From Catajapyx aquilonaris (taxonomy: Eukaryota): a stretch of 64,000 nucleotides of DNA. The DNA is taken from NCBI GenBank assembly GCA_000934665.2, contig JYFJ02000011.1:1-64000 (forward strand), read 5' to 3'. The notes beneath the pieces were generated by a model, which did no database searches, was not told the DNA's origin, and saw only the letters and a program-made list of their open reading frames with translations. A program made the translations under genes and the position numbers. Positions 31,071 to 45,878 of the stretch are shown piece after piece; positions within the stretch are counted from its first letter, which is position 1; each line of letters opens with the position of its first letter.

Positions 31071-34061
31071 TTGGCAACAATTCTTACACCAGAAATGCTA
31101 AAAAATTAATAAGTTATCACATTAAAATTATCGTACGTTATAACCCCTACACAATCATACTGTGTTTTTTTATTGATAGAATCCGGTCCCGTTATGTCGG
31201 TCATAAATCCTGGACGTGTATACATGTCCTTGCTGCAAATAACTGATGCAAATATGGCCACGTGGGGGCCTGCCTTTCACTGCAATGCTCAAGGTTGCCA
31301 GCACTTGATTGGTTCATGTGAAAGGTGTGGTTGGAGGTGTGTTTGGGGGGCTCGGTTTTCGCTTTTTAACTCTGAACTATTGTATGCATGATGGATTACC
31401 TCGCCTGGAGACACAACTGTGTCGATATTTGTGCAAAAAATTTGCTCGGTGCCTTTATTGGATCTTAATTGGCGTGATTGGGCAGAATTTTGGAATTATC
31501 CTTCCACATGGGGTGTGCAACCTTAAGGATCACAGTGTCCATGAACCACTTTAAAACCAATTTATTTGACTTCAAGCTGTTAGAAGGAAAAGAGACATTG
31601 TGTAAGCAATGGAAATCAAGTCCAAACATTGCTTTGCATTTAATTGATTTATGCAATAAAATAGTCATTCGAGAAGATTTGATTGCCAACTGGTGATTCT
31701 GCTCTTATATTAGACAAAACTAATGTCATTCGACAGTTTTTAAATAGTGTTCTGTGTAAACGTGCTTTTCGCTCATGTGAAAAAACTGCTGACACCACTG
31801 CCTATAGGGAACAGACTGTGTGCCAAGTGGCACCTTATTATCACAAAGTGCAAAGTTAAAACGCCTAAGGCCTGGACTAGTAAGGCAACACTGGTGTATC
31901 AGTTACTGCTATATGCTGAACAATAAGACGAAATCTTAATGCTGTCATAAAAAGACTCGAGCGCGTGTAAGTATCAAAACGCGAACTGGACCTGGCTTTG
32001 AAATGGACGCTCCACATGATAAGACTCAGCGTAACAATATCTCACCTCCGATGATACCAGGGGTCTTGACCCCTGCTGTGCATGGCCTTGTCTGGCACAC
32101 GAAGACTCTGAGAGAGGAGTCGATGGTCAGAGTCCACTTCCAGGACCAAAGTTCCGTCCGTGCTCTTTGTTCTGATATAAATAGGCAGCAGGTTTCTAGA
32201 ATCCCACTGATATCAAAGGTTCGTTTCACATCAGATTAATGTGAATTTCTATATGAATCATCAGTAAGGTTTTGCAGGAATGGCACATATAAAAATATAA
32301 CCGTGCATGTCATATTTATATTTAAGAACTGTTAATATTTTTGACGTGTTGTACCGGCTGTATGTGTGGCTAATTTTTAAACAGCTGAAAGGTCTATTAT
32401 GACCCATATACTGTACAAGCTTGCATTTCCTATTTCTATTCATAGATCTGGAATGATTAGTATTGCTGCGTAAGGACCGCATGTAGCAATTTACATGTCT
32501 TCTCTATTTACAGTATTGATTAGGACATTACTGATGGTATTAAAATTGTCTTTGACCGTGAATGGTTTAAACTAGCGTCCATCATACAGTGTGTGCGTTT
32601 TATCACGTAATTAAAAGCTGATAGCTTTTATTTTTTGTAGGTCTACTGTAGGGCTATAATCTAAAGTACAGGAATAAGCCATAATAAAACATAACCCTAG
32701 TGCTCATAAAAGTTCATGCGAGTATTATAACTTTATAAGTTATATATAAAATGACTACAAAAAATACTTTTGTAACTCCCAATATAGCTCCAGAATTTGT
32801 TTTCACATTTAACATGACACAGCTTACAGATATTAGACTTACGCATGTATACAATATAGTCTACCACGAGGTCCAGTAATCGTTTTCTGACCCGATCATT
32901 TGTAGCCACAACACATCTAAGGAATTAGAGTAACCTATATATTTATTTGTGTGTGTGTAGGAGCAGAATCAGAGATAGCATAGCGTCAATGAATTGGACA
33001 TCGCACATTGGAGCTTCTAATCTGACAATGAGATATCTTTCATATGTCGTCATATCCACGGTCATATCAGTCTTGAATTGAGGGGTCGATCGCAGAGTCC
33101 ATAATATAATAATTATGCTCTTCCGCGTTCCCAGTGACATTTCAAAATTCCGTATGTAAAATTATCGTAAGGTAGTATGCAAATCTTATGTGCACATATG
33201 TCTGTATACACTGCGAGTTTAATAATAATTTAGCTGACATCCGTACCAGTGAAAATCTCGCCTTCAAGCGTAGACTATCAGTAACACGTACTGTTAGATG
33301 CATTTAATTGTTTTCCACAACTATTATGATCGCACCTATCTTGAAGATGAATTCACGTGACACTCTATCGAATGCTCAGTTTGACGCAATGCCAATAATA
33401 TTATGTGCAAAGATTCGCAGGTGCCTTGGGATGAATCACCTGTATGGTACACTCTGGACGCGCAAAGTCTCACGTAGATAGAATATGCAATCACTCATGA
33501 ACTGTGAAATTATAGTAATAAAGGAAGAACGCAAGGTTCGGCGTACGTGCCTGGAGTAAGGGGAAAAACTATGTACCACGTCACTCATTTGCATCTGCAG
33601 CGCAGTAGAAACCAATTACACACATTAGTATACAGTTTTATCCTCCATTACACCTAGCAAAAAAAGCACTGTACACACTGAAAAAAACCAAACAATTATT
33701 TCAATGTTAGAAGTATTATTGCATCATTTTACTTAGTTACAATAGTAATTGCAGTTCAATGTGATACCAAAAATATGCATCTCATATAGCCAGAGACTTA
33801 ATATTATACACTACATTTTTTTTTACATATTGTGTTTATATGCAAAAATTGAGTTGTTTATTTCTAAAGGCATGACTCAGAGTCAGGATGTCATGAAATT
33901 GCTCATTGATTGCAAATATTGCACTTTGCACTTCCAGGTAATTAGATCACAGGACTAAAGATCAAGCGATAAATACCATTTTTGTAATCAGCTTCACATC
34001 TACGTATGTGTGACGTATGTAAATAATTGAACTGTACACCCCTCTCCATGTGGTAAGGCAA

Positions 34062-34166
34062 TGACGTCAGGCCCGGCCCCCGTCACCGACCAATCACAAT
34101 CCCGAACGGCAGAGCCCTACCTCCCAGCTATAAATGAACTGACTGCAACTGAAGCCAGCATCATTT
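34062..34166 (+). promoter_or_regulatory. Putative Pol II promoter (CRE, CCAAT, TATA, Inr)
   Basis: TGACGTCA 34062, CCAAT 34090, TATAAA 34129 and Inr-like TCATTT 34161, at canonical spacing. Confidence 0.65.
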
Positions 34167-34322
34167 CAGATAACAGAGCTTTCAGACAAACCCAACTCCA
34201 GTATCCCCTAACTTCAGTTTGTCCCAACATTCCATAAGGAAGTGACTTTCATTTTGTATAGTAGCAGCAGCTATTTAAATTCCACATTATCGGTGTGCTT
34301 CGCTTATATCTCAGTGTACGAG

Positions 34323-34343
34323 ATGCCTTACATTCGCCGCTCG
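34323..34343 (+). CDS. Candidate proximal first coding exon of the sugar transporter (MPYIRRS)
   Basis: ATG CCT TAC ATT CGC CGC TCG|GTAAGT consensus donor, phase 0, downstream of the TATA/Inr. Confidence 0.6.
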
Positions 34344-37110
34344 GTAAGTTGTGTCCTAATTTATTTTTTTCTATCTCCAGTCGATTGTTACTTTTATATG
34401 ATAATTTTTACGGGGCCATATATTGCTACTTAACGCATGTAATATTATCCGGAATTTGCAAAGCGGTTGCTATTTCATGATTTGCTGACTTGCGTCAAAA
34501 CCGGCTTAGAATGGGAATAACTCTCAGCTGTGTTTTAGCAACCACGCTCAATAATTCTGCTTCCCGCATTGCTGCATTGCAAAAGTGCCATAAATATTAT
34601 TTTTTTTTTTTGCACGGTTGTACCCAAGGACTCGGAAGTTGTCCAAACACGTTGACCGATCCCAATCTTAAGTAACCTTCTTACTCGGCAGATTATGCCT
34701 ATTGATTGCTTTATTACATTTCCGTATACAGGGTATTATTTTAATTTGAGCAATTACATGTAATAATCTCAAGGCTGCATTGCTCCAGGTAAAATTACAG
34801 ATTGTTTACCCCAGCAACCTTTTGAACTGAGCACTTGGTTCAGTACACTGAAGTCATGCAACTGAATATTATTTTGGTAATTATTTACCAACGGCAAGTA
34901 GTGTTGTGCAAATGCACTTTTTTTTTTCTTTCTTGAAAAACGTGACATCTAATAATATGAGCTCTCATAAGAACCCGGACATTGATACCGATATTCATGT
35001 GCGTACGTCACACCGTACCGGCGTCAATACCATATGTGTTCAAAACAGCCTTTTGTTCCATTTTAACATAAGGTCGTTCATCCCAATTATGGACATGCAA
35101 TAAATTAACTGGCGGTTTGTTTTGGGCCATCCTGATTGGTTCGCATTTTAGGGTGTGTCGTTGTGACGTATGGTCTCGTTCATACTGACTCGAGAGTGGG
35201 TATTTCCAGATTGCGTTTGCAATTTGTGTGCGTGGATAAATGGGATGTGCCAAAAAAGATTTTCGCGCCAAATTGTGTTTGCTTTGGTTTTAAAACTCTT
35301 GTGATTACGAAGATATCGTATCGCAACCGTATGGTGTCACTTTACTATCTAAGTGTTGGTGACTATTTACGCTCATTGCACGATCTCGGGTTGATAAATA
35401 TACCGGACGTTTGAATCACCTGTTAACGTCAATGAGAAATTTGAGGAACAAAAAAAATGTACTAGCCTTGAACCTGCATTTTTTTGTACTTCGTCCATTG
35501 ATGTATATTATGACGTGAAATTTTTACGTAACCATTCCATGCAAGAGGGGATTATAAAGATTTTTTTCTTATTTTCCGTCAGCAATTAATGATGGGTTGA
35601 AACACTAATAATTGCAAATGACATCCCGAGCGTCATGAAGGTCGCTATAAATTGCTCGTGACTGATTTATTCTCGGATTTGTTTTTTAAAAAAATCATCC
35701 TATACGTACGGTATGTCATTTGAAAATTCTTCCCCTTGCACCTGAGTGGGTGACCCTAGTGCTGGCAAACGCAAGTGCAAACGTAGGTAGCTGGTATTTC
35801 GGGGAGGTTTGCCAATGGCGTGACTCTTTCATATATGCAACCAGGATTGTGCTGAGCATTGACGTGATCAAATCGCCTGAGGGATTCACCTGAGTCTCAT
35901 TCCATCTGACCGATCTAAATATAAGCTAATGAGAGAAAAACTTGTTATGCAAGAAGCATAGTACAAAAAATAAGGTTTAAAATATAATGGAAAATTACTT
36001 AATAATTGACGCAATATTGTTGGAGCACTCCAACAATATTTGTTCATTCTTTCACATTATTATATTATAATGTTCAAGAATATAGTTTGTCTAAAGCTTT
36101 TTGGCACACCAATGGTGGTTTAATCCATCAATTCATAGAACTTGTGGGAGACTTGGATAGATGCTCTAGTAGATATGCACGTGGCTGGCTCGCCTGACTC
36201 TTTGGCTCGCACTTCTTTGGCAAGGAATGAAGGTCTGCTTCATGCTTCTTCCTCCACTGGCTATATTTAAAGACGCTCTTTCATTATTTTGGGAAGGGCG
36301 GAAAGGTATAGACCCTAAGGGGAAGCAATTTTGAACTTCGACTAAAAAAAAATCTCACACCAAAACGTCCTGCACGAGTTGATCAGCTTCTCAGACAGCA
36401 CTTCAATGTCATTCATCCTTTGATCATTTTACACTTCTGATGGGAGTGTAAGGCGGGTTTCATGTTTCATGCATACTCAAAGAGTCAACCCACTCGTATA
36501 TGACCTTAGGCGACAAAGTCAAGGGCATAATGTGTTGAAATCTGGTTCCTTAATTACATATCACTTATCTAATATTAGCAGCATGCAACCTTATACCTGC
36601 CAAAAAAAGGGGGGCTTGACTAGACTCCTTGAGACAATGAAGGAATCTGGGATGACCGGATGGGACGTTTACGTTCCCATTGTTAATATTCTGGTCGTTG
36701 AAAGTCCGGTACAAGTGTGGGGATTGCCAAGGCGACTATTACATAGAAGGACAAAGTTTAAGCCAGTTTTCCTCAGACTCTTGAGCGTATAGAAAGGTCC
36801 ACATTTGCAAGGTCGGTGTGGAACAGGTTTGGTACCTTCTAGGATAAAATATGAGAAGGTGTGGTGTATGTAATGAGTCTGGCGTCTGGCGAACCACATG
36901 TTGCCTATTGTTAAGTGACACGAGTATTGTACGACCCAACTACTCCCGTTGCCAACCAAGTACTGCACAAACTGCTGATACAAAAAGATATAAAAAAATA
37001 TTTCAGTTCGTGCTTAAATCATAGTTGGTGAAGTTACGAAATATACTGTCAACTTTTCCTTCCCTATGTTCCCTACATGTATTTATAAAGTCTCTTTTGA
37101 TGCTTTTCAG

Positions 37111-39794
37111 GGTCTTAACAGCCGTCTGGTACTTGCTATCGCAGCAGCAGCCTTCGGGTCTTCCTTTCAGCATGGCTACAACACTGGTGTGGTCAATGCG
37201 CCAGAAAAGGTGAGGCTTGAAAAGGAGGCGGTCCTATTAATATCACAATACCGAGAAAAGGACCTAAATAAAACCTCGTGACTATTCTGGCATCAGCATC
37301 CTACAGTCTTTCTAGTATAAACTGACGCATTTGGCTGAAATAATCCAGGAAAAACAATCGATCAGTACACAAAAATTGGTCCGAGTAAAGTTCAACAACA
37401 CTCCTTAGAATATTTTTCCTGTTCATAGTTAGTCAATGCTTGTTGCCAACATTCCAACTTCATGTAAACTGCGACTGTAGCGTTAAACTTGGTCGTTCCC
37501 ATTTTCTGCTGGCAAACCCCACAGATAAACATCCTGGTACACAATCGGGTTTGCGACAATGATAGCATGCAATATGCCGGGCAAATTACTACGGCATGTA
37601 GTTCCTAGAAAAAAAAGGGGGGGCGCCTGGTGATGAAACACTTTGGCGCCATGTCGTGGATAAGGTTAAGTGAAGGGCCTCTAGGTACACACCCCTCTGA
37701 ATTTCGTTTCTGATTGGTGGATTTGGAGGGTTGGGTGAGCCAACGCCCCATGTCCCAGATATAGTTCTTTTTTTGTAACAGCTGTGCCCGGGCACCACAG
37801 CTCGAGGCATACCTGTTCCAGCTCACAACATGCCAAAAATTTTATGACATTAATGTCGGAGAGATATAAGTTGATGCAATAATAATAAATCCGACGTGTG
37901 TTGCTGTCTATACATTGCAAAATCTTTTCCTTAGTATTTGTGTAGTATGTGATTTTACTCATTTTTGTTTGTTTTCCTGCAGCTTATCGGATCTTTCATC
38001 AACGAAACAAACTACGCCCGGACAGGTGAACCGATGACACAGACACAAATAACGGTGGTGTGGTCCATCGCTGTGTCTATATTTTGCATTGGTGGTATGA
38101 TCGGTGGCTGCATTACTGGATTCGTATCGAATAGATTTGGAAGGTTAGCGCATCACTTTTTCTAATCAATTTTATAAGCAAAAAATATGACGCAATATTA
38201 ATGACATGTTATTCTTCTGCAGGAAGGGAGGTCTTTTGCTAAACAACATATTTGTAGTGATTGCTGCAATTCTTGAAGGATTTTCCAAGCTTGGCCAGTC
38301 CTACGAAATGATCATTGTTGGTCGATTCTTCATCGGCATAAATTCGGGTCTCAACGCGGGATTGGTTCCAATGTATCTGTCTGAGATATCACCAGTTCAT
38401 CTACGTGGCGCTGTAAGTATACCACGCTTTTGTTCACTGACCTTGTTTTTCTCCCTACCTGGAAACAAAAAAAACAACAACAACAACAACACCAGAACCT
38501 TCCACTAATGACTCTCCCTTTTCTGTCTGTAGGTGGGTACCGTTTATCAGCTGGTAATCACTGTTTCCATTCTCGTCTCCCAAATTTTGGGTTTGGAATC
38601 CTTGCTGGGCACGGAAGATAAATGGCCCATCCTGCTAGCCATCACCATCTGCCCTGCCATTTTCCAAATGGCCACCTTGCCCTTGTGCCCCGAGTCTCCC
38701 AAATACATCCTTCTGAACAAAGGCAATGAAGTGGAGGCAGAGAGAGGTACGAGCATCGGAACTCGGTTGTGAATGGGCCTGATGGCAATAACTTTTATTT
38801 AATTGGCACTTTTGCAGCTCTCACTTGGCTTCGCGACACCCTGGAGGTGCATGAGGAAATGGATGAAATGCGCAGTGAATATGAAGCAATGAAGCTGGTC
38901 CCTGCAGTCACCTTAAAGGAGATGTTCACCAATCCAGCTCTCCGTATCCCACTCGTCATCTCGCTTATGGTCATGATTGCTCAACAGCTCTCTGGAATTA
39001 ATGCCGTAAGTTTCATAATCCTATACAATTGACCTAAGCAAACAGGTCATAAACTTACGCAAATTGCTCATTTTTTAGGTGATTTTCTTCTCCACGTCAA
39101 TATTCGAGAGTGCTGGGATCAGCTTGGAGAGTGCACAGTATGCCACACTTGGAATGGGAAGTGTGAACGTGTTGATTACCATCATCTCGCTCTTCCTGGT
39201 TGAAAAAGCTGGACGAAAGACCCTGCTCTTGGTTGGCCTCAGCGGAATGTGCATCGACACACTTCTTCTCACAATCTGCTTAGCACTTAAGGTAAACCAC
39301 CTTGCACTATGGAAGGTTATGTCATTATAAGCAGTATTTCACATATGTCGTTATTATCATTTCCAGGACCAAGCCACGTGGGTATCCCACTTCTGCATAT
39401 TCCTGGTCATCTTTTTCGTGGTGATGTTTGCATGTGGTCCTGGCTCCATCCCTTGGTTCCTGGTCAGTGAACTCTTCAGTCAGGGTGCACGACCGATAGC
39501 GACAAGTATTGCCGTCGCTGTCAACTGGACCGCCAACTTCATCGTCGGAATTGGCTTCCCTCTTCTCATGGTCAGTTCGGTTCAATTGTCAATCATAATC
39601 CGGGCCCCCTCATTGCACTGGTCTAATTGCACCGTGTCCTGCTTTTACAGCTGGCCATGGGAGGATACGTCTTCATAATCTTCACTGTCCTGCTCCTCTT
39701 CTTCATCCTGTTCGTGTACAAGAAGGTGCCCGAGACGAAGAACAAGACCATTGAGGAAATCAACGCTCTCTTTAGGCAGAGGTCGTACCAATGA
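37111..39794 (+). CDS. Facilitated glucose transporter, SLC2A/GLUT class I-like (MFS sugar porter); start codon lies in an upstream exon
   Basis: Spliced exons give [78 protein letters not shown] at 39792-39794. Confidence 0.95.
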
Positions 39795-41853
39795 ATTCCA
39801 TCCTGACCACCAATCCTAATAGGACAGACAAAGCTAGTGGTTCCATCCCGACAACTCAATGGGACTGTTTATAATGGATCGGATGGCAAGTAGGCCTGCC
39901 AGCTCTTCCGAGTCAGGTTTTTGCAGAAGTTTTGTTACAAAAATTGCGCATAATTTGCGCTCGTAGTCGCGACGGCTAAAGAATCTTACACATTCCTGCC
40001 TGGAAGGCATCCCCCCAAAAAAGGTTACCAATACAATAGGTCTCATAGGCGAAATTGCACACTAGTGTAGCTCATCTGCAGTTGTCACAAGAGTTTGTCG
40101 AACTTAAAAAGACAATACCAGGCAGTATTGTAATTAACGAGAATGCGGTCCTATTAGCGATTCGTAGTCTGAGGTGAGATACTAGCAACTGAGGCTACCT
40201 ACTGATGTATTCTCCACGTAACTGTGTTGAAAGCACATATCGAGAAATTCGTCCCCAGCGACCACAGTAGTTGGGTCAGTTGTATGTAACTGCTATTTTA
40301 ATGTCGGCCTCTATAGTAGATGTTAATTTGATAGCTAGCAGGTTTTCCTGTGTAACACTGAATCTCGGCCAGTCCACTGGATTATTATTGGCTGGCCACC
40401 TTGTCATTTATTTTTATGGTGTCAAATGCAAATTACAATGCAGAGAAAACCAGGTCTTCAGGCTAATAGTACTTCATCTCGATGAACAGTGTGATGAAAA
40501 AGCGCTGAGCAACTGTAACAGGGTGACATTGCAGTAGTAATACTATTTAGCCACAGCCTGCAAAGTAGTGAAGTAATTATTAACTGACAATACTCATCAT
40601 CTCACGTTAGGCCATTATTTTTGTTATCATAGTAAGCCCATATTTATTTTAAAGTGAGTAGCCTCGAATGCTAAGATTTTGTAATGTACGTATAACTATG
40701 TGCTGGACATGACGTTCGTTCTCAAGGTTCAGTAGACATTGTTATGTACTGTACCACAAGGGTGTTTTTTTTGCATGTGCAACATACATATATAATGTTG
40801 TCAAGGCTCAAGTGCCACAATGTCTCAGATCATTCCTATTTATTGAAAGTGGTACTTAGCTGTGCTGTACCACCTTATGTAGTAATTGCTACCGGTTCAA
40901 TTACCCAGGTAGCAGTTACAAATATCGGGATACAAAATGCTGCTGTCATCAGGTCAAAAAGTGCCATATGTCAATTGTCTGTGAAGGCTGGCAGTTGTTC
41001 ACTGTGTCTCATTAGTGTTTTGCGTTTTGCGGTGGTTGTGGAGATTTATTGTCAATGATATACTATTTTGGTTAAATATTTAAATTCGGCCAAAGTATTC
41101 TAAAAAGTCAAAACCAATACAGTCAAGAATCCCTAGGCAATTCCAAAGTGAATGAAAGGTTATGTGGTTGTGGTTTACGATCACATACAGTGATTTGGAT
41201 AGATGATGAATGCTTGACTTTAGATAATGTTATTTTTTTGATGTGATCCTGAGGACACAGATCGTCTTCTCATAAACGTGTCTTCTCACTGTGTCATACA
41301 GTATATTTAAAAAAAGTGGCACTATACTCATGACCATTGTGTAAGTCTGCCGTGTCAAGTCAAAACGTAATAACTGTTAATAAATTTTTAAGAGAAATCC
41401 TTATATTAATTGCGTCTTCAAGATCATGCAACTCGGTGATTACTGAATTCGTAAATAATTTGTTATTATTGTTAAACCTGTAATGTACGGAAATTGGACG
41501 AACCCTTTATAACCTCGTGTTGGTGAGGAATCTCAGTTGCCATGTTTTCTCTTGGTTCGGCAGAAACAAAATGTGACTGTGACATAACTTTAGAAGGAGA
41601 CGCAATCTCTGAGTATCGTTACTGTTAGTAATGATACGGTGCATCCGTCAAGTGCATTTTCGCACTTTGTGTAAACTTGTAAACGTGCTGTAAAAAATAG
41701 TTTAAATATAAATATTTAAATACCGTACTACTCCATGGTTTTAACACTCGTGAATTCCCAAAACCTTCACCCATCCAAACCTTCCTAGGTAAACGCAACC
41801 CTTTCTTTTCACAGTACTACCTTAATATACGGATCAAGGAATATGACTATTTC

Positions 41854-41854
<1 letters not shown>

Positions 41855-41909
<55 letters not shown>
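41855..41909. repeat. (ATT)n microsatellite
   Basis: Directly visible. Confidence 0.97.
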
Positions 41910-41910
<1 letters not shown>

Positions 41911-42256
41911 GGAGATCAACAGATTATTGCCTTTCGTCATAAAGTTTGTTATTTGAGAAAAACCGAAACCCAAACTAACCCATCGTCTTTGAGTGTTTCC
42001 TACTGGACATGAACCATATTTAAATTTTAGTTACTCAACATTGTCAAATATTTATTATGAGATCAGTTATTTCAGAAATTACATTGTGAGCACACGTACA
42101 AAACATCACTTTCATACAGTCGTACAGTACACATTACCAGTCTTTTTGCCAGAGTTATCACAAAACTTGTACAAAAAATGGGCATCATTGATCTAGTAGC
42201 CCGTAATTTACACCAATGTCTTAAATGCAGACAGCAACACATTTTATTAAATTCAA

Positions 42257-44021
42257 TCAACGCAAGCACATGAACAATCCTTCTAAGAAATGTAAGCTTT
42301 CACGCCAATGCCACTCTATGAGTATTTCCAAGGCCCAGTTTTCTCTGACAGCTTCTGCCTGCAAGTCGTAAGGCTTCATTTCATTATTCCAGGATTCCAA
42401 TATTCCCATCGATCTCAAGTGCGGACAGTGATCAATCAAAAGATAAGCAGTTGGGGTGCTCAAATGTCGCGCGTCTGCAACCCTAAACACTTCAAGGTGT
42501 TTTAGAGCTCCTTTCAAGATCACAATTTCCTTCAGCTGGTCCTCTCGGAGGCCAGAGGCTCCTTCCCAATGCAGTTCTCTCAACTCAGGAGCAGAAGTCA
42601 GAAAAGTCAAAAGTGTTCCGTCATCCGGATTATTATTATTAGAAGCCAAGAATTGTAGATTTGCGAAGTGCAAGGTATCAATATTTCGGACAGACTTTCG
42701 AACATGCCACAAATGAAGGGACTCCAATCGAGGGCATTTTGTTGACAGATGGTTCAAGTCCATAAAGCCTTGAAGTTCAGTAACCTGAAGTTTCTGAAAG
42801 CAGAACAAAATATGAACAATGTGTTGACTGATATTCTCAAAATTCCTATAAAATTATTTTTACGTTTATGTTTTGCTACATAAATGTACCTTCAGTCGAT
42901 GGCCAATGCCAGTCAGCACACCATGCAATACTCCCCATGACACACTAGATATGCTCAGGACGGTCAGATTCCTCAGAAGGGCTATGTTTTTGGCACCGGA
43001 GAGATGCAGGCAATGAACTGAGAAGTGTCTCAAGTTGGGACACAGTGTGGCCATGGCCTTTATGTGCTTTCCACTAGTCTCTTCTCCACTCATTCGCCGA
43101 AGAGATGTCATCACAAAATGAGGCCTGTGTAAACCCTGCCAAATCAACAGCCACCGTCAGAAAACGTCCATATCAACACAGGCCTACTTTACGCAAATAA
43201 ATTGAGAACAAAACAATAAAACTCACCTCAATGAACGGAAAAGACTTTTTAGACGTCTTGCGACTGTAATGAAACGCACTGGTAACATCACATCCTCCAG
43301 AGAAGGTAACCAGAGAGTGAAGGTTCCTGAGGAGTATCGCAGCAGCCTGTGTCCCTAAGCACGGTGGAAGGACAAGCACCTTCAGTGTCCAGCAACATGG
43401 GTTGGACACTTTGCACCTGTCGTCCCAGTCCGCAAAACACATCTTCTGAGCAGTGTCGGCCCGAATGAACCTCTTATTCAGCACTCCCTGCACCATAGGG
43501 AAGGTGCTTAGGGCAACAAATTCCTCCAGAGAAGGACAGCATCGTCCAACCTCAGACAGCAAAGTGGTTAAATCATCCACGTTAAAGAAAGGCCTCAGTG
43601 ACAAGCGACGCAGATTGGGAAATTGGCTCAAAGTCGTCAAAGAGCTGTACACCATCAGCTCGGTTGCTTGACACGGTTCAGATCCCATGGCCATTCCCAT
43701 ATAAGGCGAGTCCTCGAAATGCAGCAAAACCTTCAGTCGAGGCACATCTGGATGGTACATGGTGTAGAAAGTGTTGTCGTTCAATATCCCCTCTTTCTCC
43801 AAAAGTCGGTGGAAACACATCCTCGGCATGTCGTCTAAAATTTTCTTCAGGTTCTTCGTGTGTTCGGAGTATTTGCAGCAGTTGCGAAATGTTGGCCAGC
43901 ATCTGTAGTGCTGGCATTTGTACATCCAGCAGTCGTGTAACGTTTTGTGCAGTTCATCGAGTGCTAAGACTTGCAGTGATTTGACTTCTTTGCGCACCAA
44001 GTTTCTCGTTGTGCCCTCCAT
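42257..44021 (-). CDS. Uncharacterised leucine-rich-repeat (RNI/FBXL-like) protein, 3 coding exons
   Basis: Exons ~44021-43227, 43135-42890, 42793-42257, joined by GT-AG introns in phase 0. Recurrent motifs FPNLRRLSL, CPSLEEF, CPNLRHFSV, CPRLESLHL, CPHLRSM. AATAAA lies just past the stop. Confidence 0.72.
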
Positions 44022-45714
44022 TCTCCTGTCAGCTACAAGAAGTTAGCTGCGAAGAGTGCAATAATTTAATGTAACAAAATGTCACTAAAATAGTCCAAAA
44101 CCATTACCCTACAACTTTGTAAGACCTGCTGATATTATTATTTTGTTCTCATTGTTGTAATATTATAGACGACTGTGCAATGGTCACCCAAAATTTTAAC
44201 GACTGTTTGTTGTGCCATGTACTACGGTAATACATTATTGATTATTACACATCAGAGGAATTGTGTAAATATTCTGTACTATTAGCCAACTTTGTCACTC
44301 AAGCGTACGGTACAGTACTACAGGCCTATTATGCCATTTTCACCAGAGTAGGTTCAATGTCAATGCCATTCAAGGTCGGCGCCTTTCAAGGATATAGCCT
44401 TGACGGTGCAGCACATACTTATAGAATACCTGGCATATTTTCATAGGTATCTCAGCAATATCACTATCAGACGCTATCACATAATTTATAACGTCTTTTC
44501 CTACACTCGTAATGCAATAAAACCTATGCCTGACCTTGGCTTCAGCGCAAACTTTCCCATTTTAGAACCTCGGTTTGTTCCCTGTCGTATTATTCTCAGT
44601 GTATTTCCGACCCATAAATAACAAGTTCTATAATATGATATAATACGACTTACCTGGCCCAAATACCGGCGCCTCAGATGTCCGAGGCACACACTGACAG
44701 TCTGCAAGTAAGTCCAGGAAGGTTTTGAGCCGTCCGCCTCAGAAGGTCAGCCAATCAGCTGCTACCCGTTTCCATGTGCACAACATTGCGCCACTTTTGT
44801 GCAATGATGTCAACGTCACCAGGGAGCCGGCTCGAGCCTCGAGTGCATCGATTTGCACCACTTCCTCCGCTTATTACACAATATTCACGCAACTCGAGAG
44901 GTGTTTTCCTATGACTCACATCTTATTGTCACATATTATTATTATTATAATATAACCTACAGGCACACAAATACACATAGCTCCATTGATATTTCAGTAG
45001 GTCATTGAATAGATTTGCCCCTTCTTGCCATATGATGAGGTGCGTTCCAAACTGGGCTATATGGGTTTTCTGTAATTTTTCTGACCAAGAGATGTCATCG
45101 AAAAATCAATTTCGAATTTTTTCGAGATAGCCCACTATGGAAATCACATTCTAATATACTGAAACACATGGCTAGTCACCACATCTTGTAACGATGCATG
45201 GAGAATACAAGGCAGGAGAGGAAAAAAAAAAACTCCACCTGCCTTTGTGTGGAAAGTAAGTGGAAAAGTTCGGTTGTAAGTGGAAAAATTGTCACGTGGT
45301 AAGTGTAAAGTAACCCTTTCCACTTATTATTGACAACATTTTCCATTTATTTCATGCTGCTTTCCACTTACATTTGGCTCTTCCACATAATATTATCATA
45401 TTTCCACTTATTTGGTCATATAAGTGGAAAAGTAAGTGGAAACTGAATGAGAATGTAGTGATAAACGACATTTTGTTTGGTGATAATACGTACTTTACGT
45501 TGCAGGTTTTTAAAATACTTGTCGTTTTGACACAGTCTGCAAACCTTTACCTGTAAACACGAGGACCAGGTGGTATTATTTTCATGCCCATTACATCGGT
45601 GAGAATCAACCCGTGAGAACCAATCACAGAACAACAGTACTTTAGGCAGAAATAATGACCCTTTTTCTGCCAACAAACAAGTCGATGTTGACTCAACCCT
45701 GCTATTGTCCGAAT

Positions 45715-45878
45715 CAGGTCTGTTAACTTGGAGTGCAAAATTGTTTCCTGAATAACTCACTAACTATGGGGGTGCAAAACTCGTTCTCGGTGGCACAAAA
45801 TGTTGCAAAATGGGTGCAAAATTCCTGCACATGTTTCATGGTTCTAGCTCAACATAGCACTCCAAGTTAACAGACCTG
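45715..45878. mobile_element. Short MITE with 22-bp TIRs
   Basis: CAGGTCTGTTAACTTGGAGTGC...GCACTCCAAGTTAACAGACCTG flanked by tccgaat on both sides. Confidence 0.88.

Noticed and set aside
36690..36960. CxxC-containing frame (RYKCGDC...RRCGVCNESG)
   Set aside because: Interrupted by stops; at most a decayed transposon zinc-finger relic.
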